This document shows, one piece after another, positions 38,839 to 48,500 of a stretch of DNA of 64,000 bases. The position numbers and the translations under genes are program-made. Each line of letters starts with the position of its first letter. Within the stretch, counting starts at the first letter, position 1. The notes under the pieces were generated by a model, which worked only from the letters and a program-made list of their open reading frames with translations, had not been told where the DNA came from and searched no databases. Source of the stretch: Planctomycetota bacterium (GTDB lineage Bacteria; Planctomycetota; UBA8108; SXIK01); NCBI GenBank assembly GCA_965223845.1, contig CBDCXR010000004.1:5088001-5152000 (forward strand), in the 5' to 3' direction.

Positions 38839-41800
38839 TCACGGACAGGCCTGCGTCACACACTCCGCCAGTCCGCTCGGAGCGGGATCGCGACCGCAGT
38901 CGTCCGGCCCCGGCGCCGGCGGAGCACTACCATCAGCGAAGAGATAGTTCAGAATCTGCACCGCATCGCTGATGTTGACGCTGTGGTCGTCGTTCGAATC
39001 CGCCGCGTCGGGGCAGGGAGGCGGCAGGCCGTCGGCAAAGAGATAGTTGAGGATCTGAACGGCGTCGCTGATGTTCACGCTACGATCGTCGTTGGCGTCA
39101 CCGCGGCGAAACTCGACGCCGGCAGGCTCGACACGAACGACGAACTCGCAGGCAGACGAATTGCCGGCGGTGTCGCGTGCGGTCACGCGCACGACGGTTT
39201 CGCCGACCGGGAAACCCGCCCCGGATTCGTGACTGGAATCCATCTCGACGTCGCCGCAGTCGTCGATTGCAGTCACTTCGAACTCGACGGGAGTGAGCTC
39301 GCCTCTCGGCAGTTCGTCGACGACGATCTCGCCGGGACAAGAGATCTCGGGTGGCGTACCGTCGGCGAGAACGACCAAGTCGCCACAGGAAAACTCGGGC
39401 TCAATCCCGATGGAGTTGCCGTCGCGCTGAACCGTCACCGTGAGATCGATCGGCGGCGAGCCGAGTCCGCCGACGGGACAGAACCGAACCCGATCACCGG
39501 GCGTAGCCATCGAGCTTGGCCGTACACGAATCGTGAGCGCGCGCACCGCCTCCGTCGCGTCGAAAGTCACTCCGGCGTTGAGAACGAGGCCCACGATGGC
39601 CTGATGATCGTCGAGCTGTGCGGATGTTCCGTCGAGCACGAAGAGCGACTGCACGCTGTCGGGATCGAGATCCGGTCCCGGTGAGAACTCGATCGATTCG
39701 ATGAGCTCCGGACGATCCCACTCGAGACCGAGTTGAAAAGCTGAGACGGGCTCGTCGGCACGCAGGAGCAGGTGCATCGGGCTCTCGAAGCACGGCTGGA
39801 CACCCGTCTCCGCGGCGAAATCTAAGCGAGAGCCGTTCGTCGTAGATACGGGAGGAAGAGGGTCGAGATTCCGAAGCACATAGCGATCTCCCGGACGAAC
39901 TCCACTCGCGCGGAGCACCCAGATGCCCGGAGTCATCGCGTCCGTCTCGAGGCGCCATACGACTTCGGAGCCGTCGCACTCGTCGTCTGGCGTGCCACCG
40001 GCGACCTTGCGTTTGAACCCCGCCGCTCGTCGACCCGGCACGGCTGTCGCGACGACCGTGTGCGTATCATCGAGCAGGTCGAGGCGAAAACCCGTGAGCG
40101 AGCTCGGCGTCACGACTTCGAACCCGGCCGTCGCCGGCGCGCCTTCGGGCCAGCGCATCGCGTGAAGGAGTTGCGGACCGGGATTGCACGTCGCGAGCGG
40201 GCAGTGCCCGTCGAAGAAGAACTCGTGCTCGATGCGCCCATGTGGGTTCCAAATCTCGGAGATGATCTGATCTGTGGCGTTACTCGGCGGATCAGCAGGA
40301 TCGCCGCCGCAACCGGGCAATTGCTGCACGTAGCAACAGATCCAGTCATCGATGGCCTGCGACGTCCGGCGCACGTCATCGACGTTCACCGGGACGGTAT
40401 AGACAACGCGAAGATCGTAAATATCGGCATGTCGCCCGTCGCACGGCAGCGTCAGCGTGAAGCGGTCGAGTCCCAGACCTCGCGGACAGGGGATTCGGTG
40501 CGTGGTGTTGGTCGCGAGTACGCGGCCACTCGCATCGCGCAAGGTACTCGGCACCGCACCGCTCGTGATGAGGAGATTAGACGCCGCGACGACGTTGCCG
40601 AGACCGCAAGTGGACGCCAAGTCGAGGCAGTCCTCGACTTCCGTGGGGAGCGTAATACTGAAGACGTCGACGTCGTCCGGACAGTGAAAATTGAGCCTCC
40701 TTACGACCAGCTCGTTGACGATGAACTCATTTCCCTCAGTACGAGTGAACTGCGCCGCGCTCAGTTCGGCGGCTTCGGAGTTCCTGTCGTTCGGTTCGAA
40801 ACCATCGGATGCCCTCTGACCGAGAGCTCGGATCGTGCCGCTGAGGTGATACACCGTGTCGTCCCCGGCGACTTCGAACGGAAGCGGGTCGCGGAGGAAG
40901 ATCGGCACGGACCTCCACGTCGAGAAGCCACTCACTCCTCGCGTACTCTCACTCGTGTCGCGGGAGCGCACGCCGAATCGGGACCGAGCGAGGCCACTAC
41001 CCGCGTGAGATTCCGTCGTGACTTGAACTTCGTACGGCATGCATTCGCGAGCGGAGGGAGCGGCCGCAATGACGAAGTGGTCCTCTTCGTTGAGCCCGCT
41101 CGCTGTGTAGTCGTGTAGACCGAGATCGCGCTCCTCGAAGACCTGGAAATCGGAGACGGGAAACTCGATCGCCGTCCCCGGCGTGTCGTTCGTCTCCCGG
41201 CGCTGCGCTTCGGGAATACAGAAGCTGGCTGCGAAGTCGCTTTCGGGATCGCGGTACTCGTCGCGCGCCAAGACCGGCGAGAGAACGCTCGGGCTCGTTC
41301 GCGGCGAGAGTGCGCGAACGAGAGCCAGATCCGCCCGCAAAAAGCGTCGCACGCGGGGATCGCTGCGCGGCGGCGGCGAACGCAGCGCCGTTGATCGCAG
41401 AATGTCCCGGATTTGCCGGTGACTCAGCGATGGATTCGCGGCGCGCATCAAAGCGACCACACCGCTCGCGATGGCGCAGGCGCTACTCGTACCGCCGACA
41501 AATTTCTCGGTAAAGGGCCCGCAGGAGGGACCATCGCCTTGGGGAGCTGCAACTCGGGCCGAGTCGATGACCCAAATGTCTACCGAAGAGCCGAACAAGT
41601 GGAGATTGTCGTAGCTGGCATCGGTCGCCCCTACGGCGATGCAGTTCGGGAGAATCGCCGGAATCAGGTGAAAGCGCTCGATGGTGGCTTCGCCGAAGGG
41701 TTCCGTCGCGTTTCCGGAGGACGCGAGACAAACGACGCCTCGACGCACGGCGAACTCGAGCGCGTCCTCCATGGAGTCGCGGGCTTCGGAGAGAATCGCC

Positions 41801-44800
41801 ACGAGCGTGAAGCAGAGGTCGACCGCCAAGGGTCCGACGGGCGGAACCGGAACTCCGGCGGTCGCGGAGATGATCGGAAGGGCGGTCTGTAACGCGGCCC
41901 CCACCACAGGGCACGCGAGGGCCGTCCACGGATTCGAGAAGTTGAGTCCCGCGATCTTCGTCGGAATGCCGAGGCTCATGTTGATGACCTCGCAGCCATC
42001 GATCGTCGCCTTGCGGATGGCTTTGTCGAGATCGTGGAGGAACCCGAGACCGCCGATGTTGTAGAGCCGAAGCGCCGCGACCTGGCCACCGACACCGGCG
42101 ACGCCCACTCCGTTGTTGTGCTTCGAGCCGAGGATGCTCGCGATGCGGGTGCCGTGAAACGGACCGCCGAATCCAAAGGTCTCACCGAGACCGAACGGAT
42201 CCGCCACACCGCGCACGAAGTCGAACCCACCGAGAATCTCGATGTCGCCCGAGAGCTCGGGGCAAAAGTTCGTATCGATCACACCGACGGCGACGTGCTC
42301 CGTGGCGCGCTCTGCTACGGGAATGTCGAGATCGAGAAGCGACGTCATCAACCAGGCGGCACCGATCCCTTGGATACAGTCGCGCGCGTAGACGTCCCGA
42401 AACGCGTCGCCGGATGTCGGGATCGTTTCTCCCGACGCGTTGTCGGGTCCGTTGAACGGGTCGTTCGTGATCGGCCGATCGAACGATTCAAGGACTAGGT
42501 TCGGAGATACTTGCGATCCACGCAGCGTTTCGTCGGCGATGACCGCGAGGAGCGCGTGGAGTTTCGGGTCGGACACCGCGAGCTTGTCGTCGAGCCCGAG
42601 CAGCGTGAGCATGTCCTCGAGACCGGCCCCATCGACCGCGCCGGGATCGATTCGATAGAGAAGCGCTGCGCCGCCGGCGTCTTCGCTGCCGGGAAAGGAC
42701 CCGTCGTCGACGAGCGTCGCGTTCCAGCGGCTCTCGAAGCGCGCGCGGTCGACTTCGTCGCGCGGAGCGAAGATGACTTGGTCGAGGCCGAGGTGCATCT
42801 CGATGCCACTACCGGATAGAACACCGAGCGGACGCGGCGGCTCACCGGGTGCGCGACCGGGCACTTCGGGTACGGGCGGGGTCAACTCCGTGTCGACAGG
42901 CAGCAACCCCAGCGGTTCGCTGGCCCCGGTCACGCGTGCGATCGCGGCTGCCGTCGACTTGACCGACGGTTCGGATCGCGGATCGAACCAGTAGGCCACG
43001 AGACGGTCACCCGGCTCGACAGAGAGCTGCTGGTCTTCCGGGCCCGTCGACTCGAGCGTCAACACGAGGGATCCGGGATCGGGAGTGAACACCGAGCCTC
43101 GGTCGACGAGCTCGACGCGCTCGACGTCCTCGGTCAAGGTGCTCGCGACCCAAACCTCCTGCACAGCGTCGAGACCCGGACCGCCCGCATAGAGATAGAA
43201 ACACGGGTCTACAGCTCCGGCCGGATCGTAGCGATAGCGATCGAAGTGGAGCGTGGGCGGCGGCGCCGGCGGCGGTTGCGGCTGGGGCTCTGCCTTCGTG
43301 TAGTCGGCGCCTTCGATGATGTCCACCGCGAACGTCTCACCGAGCTCCTCGATCTGTTCCTCGGTCGCGAGACCGATCCCAAGGACGTCGATCGTGTCGT
43401 GAATCCAAAGCTCGGAGAAAAGCGAGTCGAGGAGCGCGTTGTGATGCGAGAGCACGCCCTGCGCGCGAACCACCTTCAGGGGCGCGCTCGTCGGTACCTC
43501 CGGTAGTCGTTCGAGCACGAAATCGATCTCACCGCGGTCTTGTCCGTCGGCCCCCGAGTCGTGATCGATGACGAGAAAGAGCGGCTTGTCATCTAGGCGC
43601 GCGATGAGAGTTTCACCTCGACCACGTCCCTGCGCGTCCGTCGCGATGAGGCAAGATTCTGCCGAGCAGTTTTCCAGAAGTGCCAGCGAGAGATTTGCCT
43701 CGTCTTCTCGCGGTCGCGCGAAGATTCGATAGTCACCGGGCTCGGCAACGCTCAGAAGGCAAACGAGGTCCGCCCCGGCCTGCTGCCCGGGCAGACAGGA
43801 GAGCCCGTCGAACTCGTTCGAGGCGCCGGCAAACGAGATTACGGAAGTCCCCTCGTCGAGCATGATCGGACTCGAGCAGGAACCATCTGCGCCGTCAGGC
43901 GCCATCGCGTGGGAAACCTCCAGCCACGTCTCTGGCCTGAACGGATTCGAACCAGGCGGGAGAACGGCGGCCAGGGGATCGTCCGTTCCCGTACAGACAC
44001 CGCTCCAACCCGTGTGGCGGAGGGCGACATCGAAGCCACCGGAATCGAGAGCGTCGAAGAGCTCGCGGGCGAAACGAATCTCGACGCTGAGACGACCATC
44101 GTTCCCGAGGTCGAGCCCGGCTTCGAGGCGGTCGGGGCCCGCACATTCCTCGCCGGCACACTCGATCCACTCGTCCCCTTCGAGACGCATCGCCCGAACG
44201 CCCCCGCGTGCGAGGTCGACTCGCGCACCGACGGGCTCGGGTGCCGGCAGCACGGGATCGTCGCCCGCACGAGCGCGCAGATAAACGTCGAGCGCGTGGG
44301 GTTCTTCGCCACCTGGAGGTCGGGGAAGGCCCTCCACGGCGACGAAGTGCTCGCCGTCTCGATGTCCGATTCGGATCCGCGCCTCCATCCGGCTTTCGAA
44401 ACTCGCGTAGCTCAAGAACCCAACTGGGGAGCCGGGGTACTCGACGACCGGATTGAGGATGCCATCGATCGTCGGCGTCGTGAGCAGCTCGGGAATCCAC
44501 GCCGAGGCGGGCAGCACTCCGAACGAACTCGGTTCACCGAGCACAGCTCCAACGGGCGTCGTCCCGTCGATTCCGCGAATGAGCTCTCGTCCTCCTCCGT
44601 GAGGCAGAACCGCCACGAGCCCGGCGGCGCCGCGAACTTCCCGCTGGTAGTCGGCGCGAATCTCCTCGGCGCTGCGCGCGTAGTTCCAGATGCGGACCTC
44701 GTCGAGCAGACCCTCAAAGGGATGCCCGATGGCGAACCAATCCCCGGCACTCTCTCTCGACGCATCGATCCACACCGCGTCGGCGAGCTCGCCGTTGACG

Positions 44801-45207
44801 AAGACGAAGGCCGGCGACGGTGAGTCGTCCGTGCTGCGCTCGACCGTGACCGCGAGGTGGCACCACGTGCCAGCGGGGACGACAACATCCGTCTCGACGG
44901 GCGCGTCGAAGCGGTAGGCCAGTGTTAACTTGTTCGGGTCACCAATCCGCGGCTCCTCGAACCAAATCCCCAACCCGCCGATCGCCGTCATCGGATAGCC
45001 GTTGTTGGTGTTGTCACGACGAATCCAGAGCTCGAGCGTCGTCGCATCGGGAGGCAGATAGCTCGGGTGCGCGTAGACGACGCCTTGACCCGATGTGTAG
45101 TGCGTACTTCGAATCGTCGTCGCCCGAGTGATTCCTTGGGCGTGAACTTGCGCGCAAACGGCGAGAGTGAAAGAGAAGGCGAGAGCGTGGAATACGGACG
45201 AGCGCAT
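38839..45207 (-). CDS. Secreted multidomain S8 (subtilisin-like) peptidase with LamG, PPC-like, cohesin-like, HYR-like and C-terminal dockerin domains
   Basis: SD GGGGGG before ATG 45207; signal peptide; LamG (TLELWI..WCHLAVT..FEGLLDEVRIWN); triad VAVGVIDT (D about 42275), FHGTRIA (H about 42155), GGTSSA (S about 41486), plus INMSLG and ASSGN; cohesin-like about 39370-39830; HYR-like; FRRGDAND dockerin. Confidence 0.87.
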   Translation of the reverse strand: MRSSVFHALAFSFTLAVCAQVHAQGITRATTIRSTHYTSGQGVVYAHPSYLPPDATTLELWIRRDNTNNGYPMTAIGGLGIWFEEPRIGDPNKLTLAYRFDAPVETDVVVPAGTWCHLAVTVERSTDDSPSPAFVFVNGELADAVWIDASRESAGDWFAIGHPFEGLLDEVRIWNYARSAEEIRADYQREVRGAAGLVAVLPHGGGRELIRGIDGTTPVGAVLGEPSSFGVLPASAWIPELLTTPTIDGILNPVVEYPGSPVGFLSYASFESRMEARIRIGHRDGEHFVAVEGLPRPPGGEEPHALDVYLRARAGDDPVLPAPEPVGARVDLARGGVRAMRLEGDEWIECAGEECAGPDRLEAGLDLGNDGRLSVEIRFARELFDALDSGGFDVALRHTGWSGVCTGTDDPLAAVLPPGSNPFRPETWLEVSHAMAPDGADGSCSSPIMLDEGTSVISFAGASNEFDGLSCLPGQQAGADLVCLLSVAEPGDYRIFARPREDEANLSLALLENCSAESCLIATDAQGRGRGETLIARLDDKPLFLVIDHDSGADGQDRGEIDFVLERLPEVPTSAPLKVVRAQGVLSHHNALLDSLFSELWIHDTIDVLGIGLATEEQIEELGETFAVDIIEGADYTKAEPQPQPPPAPPPTLHFDRYRYDPAGAVDPCFYLYAGGPGLDAVQEVWVASTLTEDVERVELVDRGSVFTPDPGSLVLTLESTGPEDQQLSVEPGDRLVAYWFDPRSEPSVKSTAAAIARVTGASEPLGLLPVDTELTPPVPEVPGRAPGEPPRPLGVLSGSGIEMHLGLDQVIFAPRDEVDRARFESRWNATLVDDGSFPGSEDAGGAALLYRIDPGAVDGAGLEDMLTLLGLDDKLAVSDPKLHALLAVIADETLRGSQVSPNLVLESFDRPITNDPFNGPDNASGETIPTSGDAFRDVYARDCIQGIGAAWLMTSLLDLDIPVAERATEHVAVGVIDTNFCPELSGDIEILGGFDFVRGVADPFGLGETFGFGGPFHGTRIASILGSKHNNGVGVAGVGGQVAALRLYNIGGLGFLHDLDKAIRKATIDGCEVINMSLGIPTKIAGLNFSNPWTALACPVVGAALQTALPIISATAGVPVPPVGPLAVDLCFTLVAILSEARDSMEDALEFAVRRGVVCLASSGNATEPFGEATIERFHLIPAILPNCIAVGATDASYDNLHLFGSSVDIWVIDSARVAAPQGDGPSCGPFTEKFVGGTSSACAIASGVVALMRAANPSLSHRQIRDILRSTALRSPPPRSDPRVRRFLRADLALVRALSPRTSPSVLSPVLARDEYRDPESDFAASFCIPEAQRRETNDTPGTAIEFPVSDFQVFEERDLGLHDYTASGLNEEDHFVIAAAPSARECMPYEVQVTTESHAGSGLARSRFGVRSRDTSESTRGVSGFSTWRSVPIFLRDPLPFEVAGDDTVYHLSGTIRALGQRASDGFEPNDRNSEAAELSAAQFTRTEGNEFIVNELVVRRLNFHCPDDVDVFSITLPTEVEDCLDLASTCGLGNVVAASNLLITSGAVPSTLRDASGRVLATNTTHRIPCPRGLGLDRFTLTLPCDGRHADIYDLRVVYTVPVNVDDVRRTSQAIDDWICCYVQQLPGCGGDPADPPSNATDQIISEIWNPHGRIEHEFFFDGHCPLATCNPGPQLLHAMRWPEGAPATAGFEVVTPSSLTGFRLDLLDDTHTVVATAVPGRRAAGFKRKVAGGTPDDECDGSEVVWRLETDAMTPGIWVLRASGVRPGDRYVLRNLDPLPPVSTTNGSRLDFAAETGVQPCFESPMHLLLRADEPVSAFQLGLEWDRPELIESIEFSPGPDLDPDSVQSLFVLDGTSAQLDDHQAIVGLVLNAGVTFDATEAVRALTIRVRPSSMATPGDRVRFCPVGGLGSPPIDLTVTVQRDGNSIGIEPEFSCGDLVVLADGTPPEISCPGEIVVDELPRGELTPVEFEVTAIDDCGDVEMDSSHESGAGFPVGETVVRVTARDTAGNSSACEFVVRVEPAGVEFRRGDANDDRSVNISDAVQILNYLFADGLPPPCPDAADSNDDHSVNISDAVQILNYLFADGSAPPAPGPDDCGRDPAPSGLAECVTQACP

Positions 45208-45269
45208 GAATCACCCCCCTTCGAATGACGGGATCGCCCGGGTCCTCCGAGCGGCCCGGGTTCGAGTCC

Positions 45270-45300
45270 TCATCTGCGGGTGAAGCGCTTCGCGGGACAG
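45270..45300 (-). promoter_or_regulatory. Candidate ECF-sigma promoter CTGTCCCGCG-N12-CGCAGATGA
   Basis: Ends about 63 bp upstream of ATG 45207; identical boxes to 38073-38104. Confidence 0.55.
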
Positions 45301-45585
45301 CCCGGTGCGGCAAGCGTCGTCGGAAATCCCGCCTCTTCACGCTCGTGAAGGATCTCCTAGACGAAAACACGAACCGTCGGCACGTGCGGCTGATCGCATG
45401 CGTGGCGGCGAGGGAAATCGACGACGCGACCGGAGGATGCGAGTCGATCGAGTGACGATTCTTCCCGACCTCGAGGTGGAGGTAGGCGTGGCCGCTCGAA
45501 CCACGATCGAGGAGCGGATCTGGCGGCGATTACGCTCGAGTGTACGATCCGCTGCGAGTGAACGCGTCGCTCGCGTCTTCGATCG

Positions 45586-48500
45586 CTACCACCGAGTCGC
45601 CCGCAGAAACGCGAGGAGATCCGCGAGCTCCGCAGGCGTGAGCTGGTCCGCGAGCCCGCTGGGCATCAGCGACACCGCGCTCGGCGCGATTTCCGCGACC
45701 TCGCCTGCGGGGATCCGAACTTCCGTGTCCGCGCCGGTGATGAGATGGAGCTCGCGCGCCGACTCCGAGCGGACGATGCCGGTGAAGGTCTCGCCGCCCG
45801 TCGTCAGCGCGTCGATCGACTCGTAGCTTCGCGCGATGCTCGCGCTCGGAAAAACGAGGGACTCGAGAAGATCTCGCTCCGACCGGATCGTTCCGATGCG
45901 CGTCAGGTCGGGACCGATCTTTCCGCCGAGATAACCGATCGCGTGGCACGCGGCGCAGGCCGTCTTCTCGCTGCGGAACACGGCCTGGCCGCGCCGGACG
46001 TCGCCGTCTGGAAGGGCACTCAGCAACTCATCGAGACGCGTTCGCCGCGCATCGGCATCGACGTCGAGAGTCGCGAGGAAACGAGCTCCGGCGGCCCGCA
46101 CGGTGGCGGGTCGTCCTTCGAGCCACTTCGAAAACGACTCACGGCGGAGCGCGGTCTTCGCCGGAGCGCGCGAGAGTGAGGTGACGACGCTCGCACCGAG
46201 CTCTTCGTTGTCGACGTGGCCGACGGCTTCGACCACGGACGTGATCTCGAGCGGGCCCACGGTCTCGAGCGCCGCGATCGCCCGACGTGTCTGCGGTGCC
46301 GTGAGCTCGGCCGTCGCGAGCGCATCGGTCGCCGACGATCGCTCGTCGCGCGCGGACGCCCCGAGTCCTTCCAGTGCGAGCGAGAAAAAACGACCGTCGA
46401 GTGCTTCGACGCTCGCCGCCGCGAGTGACCGGAGGCGCGCGCCCTTCGGTCGATCGTTGTCCGACGCGATGGCGAGCAGCCCGCCGCGAAGGGACGGGTC
46501 GGCCTTCGCGGCGTTCGGAAGTCGCCGGGCCGCAGCGACCGCCTCGGCCTCGAGCGCCGGTTCGCGCTTCAGGACTTGCCCGAGCGCCCTCGCCCACACC
46601 GCCGGCGCGTCCTTGAATCCAGATGAAGCGAACAACGCGAGGAGCGACCGCCGCCACTCGACCCGGATCTCGCTTTCGACGAGCTTCGCGAGGGTGCTTT
46701 GGATGTCCGTAGACGCGAGAAGCCCAGCGGCGACTCGACGCAGCGCCGCGAATGACTCGTCCGTCGCATCGGGCGCGAGGAGCGCGCGCTCGATCGCTTT
46801 CGCCACGTCTCCGCCCCACTCGGGCCGCCGGCCGACGATCCACTCCGCGGTTTCTCGCACCGTCTTGTCGTTCGCGTCGAGCAACTCGCAAACGACGCGG
46901 GGATCCCATCCCCCACTTCGCATTTGATCGACGGCGATCAGAGTTGCGACGCGCGCGCCCGCGGATTCGCTCGCGAGCCCTCGGCGCGTCGCCGTCGCGT
47001 CATCGATCTCGATGAGCGCAAAAGCGAGCGAGTGGGCGAGGATCCGATCCGTCGTCCGCCCCGCTGCGCGAAGCAGCGGAGCGACAGCCGCCGAATCTCC
47101 AATGCGTCCGAGAGCTTCTGCTGCGCTCCGGCTGACGGCTGGCGCGTCGGCAAGGAGGCGAACGAGCGACGGTGAGGCTTCGCCGTCGCGGACGAGCCCA
47201 CTCACGTGCGCGGCGACTTGCCGGACGGATGCCTCCTCGTCAGCGAGAGCTCGGCGTACCGCGCCGCGGGCCGCTTCGCCCTCGATCCGCGCGAGAGTCC
47301 AGACGGCGTTCCGCTTCGCCTCTGCACTCGACGGCCGCGAGAGTACCCGACCGAGCGCCGGAACAGCTTCGCTCCCTCGGCGCCCTAGCGTCTCGATCGC
47401 GCGGGATCTCACGCGCGGCCGCACGTCTTCGAGTCGCTCGACGAGCGCGTCGTTCGTCGCCCGGTCCCAGTCGATCGTGAGCCCGCGCGCATCGTCGACC
47501 ACCGCCGCGCCTTTTCGTCGAAGGCGATAGATGGCGCCGAGGACGTCGGGCTTGAAGAGCTGCGACGTCGGGCAGCAGATCTTGTACCAGCCGCCCGTAT
47601 CGACGACGAGAAGGCTCCCGTCTGCATCCTCGATCACGTCGGTGGGATGGAAATCAACATCCGTCGACGAGATCAAATCTGAATCTCGCGACGTGAACGA
47701 CGCTCCGTTTGGCGCGAGCTCGTGGCGCGTCACCTTGTGGAGGTTGAAGAGACACGTAAACAGGTTTCCGCGGTAGTCTTCGCCGAGCCCCGTCGACTCG
47801 TAGAACGCGAGCCCGCACGGAGCAGCGGGACCGAGGTGCGACAGCACCGGCATCACGTCTCCCGTCCGCGGGTGTTCGTCGATGACGCCGTGACGCTTTC
47901 CGTAGACTCCGCCGTAAATCGCGTGGACGAGCCCGTCGCGCTTTCCCCCGCCCGGATGCTGAAAGAAGGTCGTCGAGAAGATGCGCTCGCCCGCCGGAGT
48001 GAAGACGACCTCGACGGGATTGTCCATTCCGCCCGTCATCACCGGCTCGATCTCGCCGCCTTCGGGCCGCCGGCGAAAGATGTGCGCCGCACGCGTTACG
48101 AACGGCGCTCCGTTCGCGCGCGCGTACTCCTGCTTCGCGAACGCGCCCTTACACCAATAGATCCACCCGTCGCGGCCGAGATACGGTCCGTGAAGATCGT
48201 TCGCGCAGCCGGTGAGCGTCTGCGAGAGCCACTCCTCGCGCCGATCGGAAACGCCATCGCCGTCCGTGTCGGTCAGCTTCCAGATGCTCGGTGGAGCGGC
48301 GACGTAGAGGGATCCGTCGTGCCAGAGCGTCCCCTCGGGAAACATCATCCGATCGGCGAAGACGTGGCTCGCATCGAAGACGCCGTCGCCATCGCGATCC
48401 TCGATGCGAAGAATGCGGTGCGGCCGATCTTCGAGCTGTTTCACGACCTTGTCGTTCACGCCGGCCGAGTCGGCGACGTAGAGGCGACCCTCTTCGTCGA

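Noticed and set aside
45255-45272. GGGTTCGAGTCC, tRNA T-arm-like sequence
   Set aside because: No acceptor stem, D-arm or anticodon arm can be formed; not a tRNA or an evident att site.
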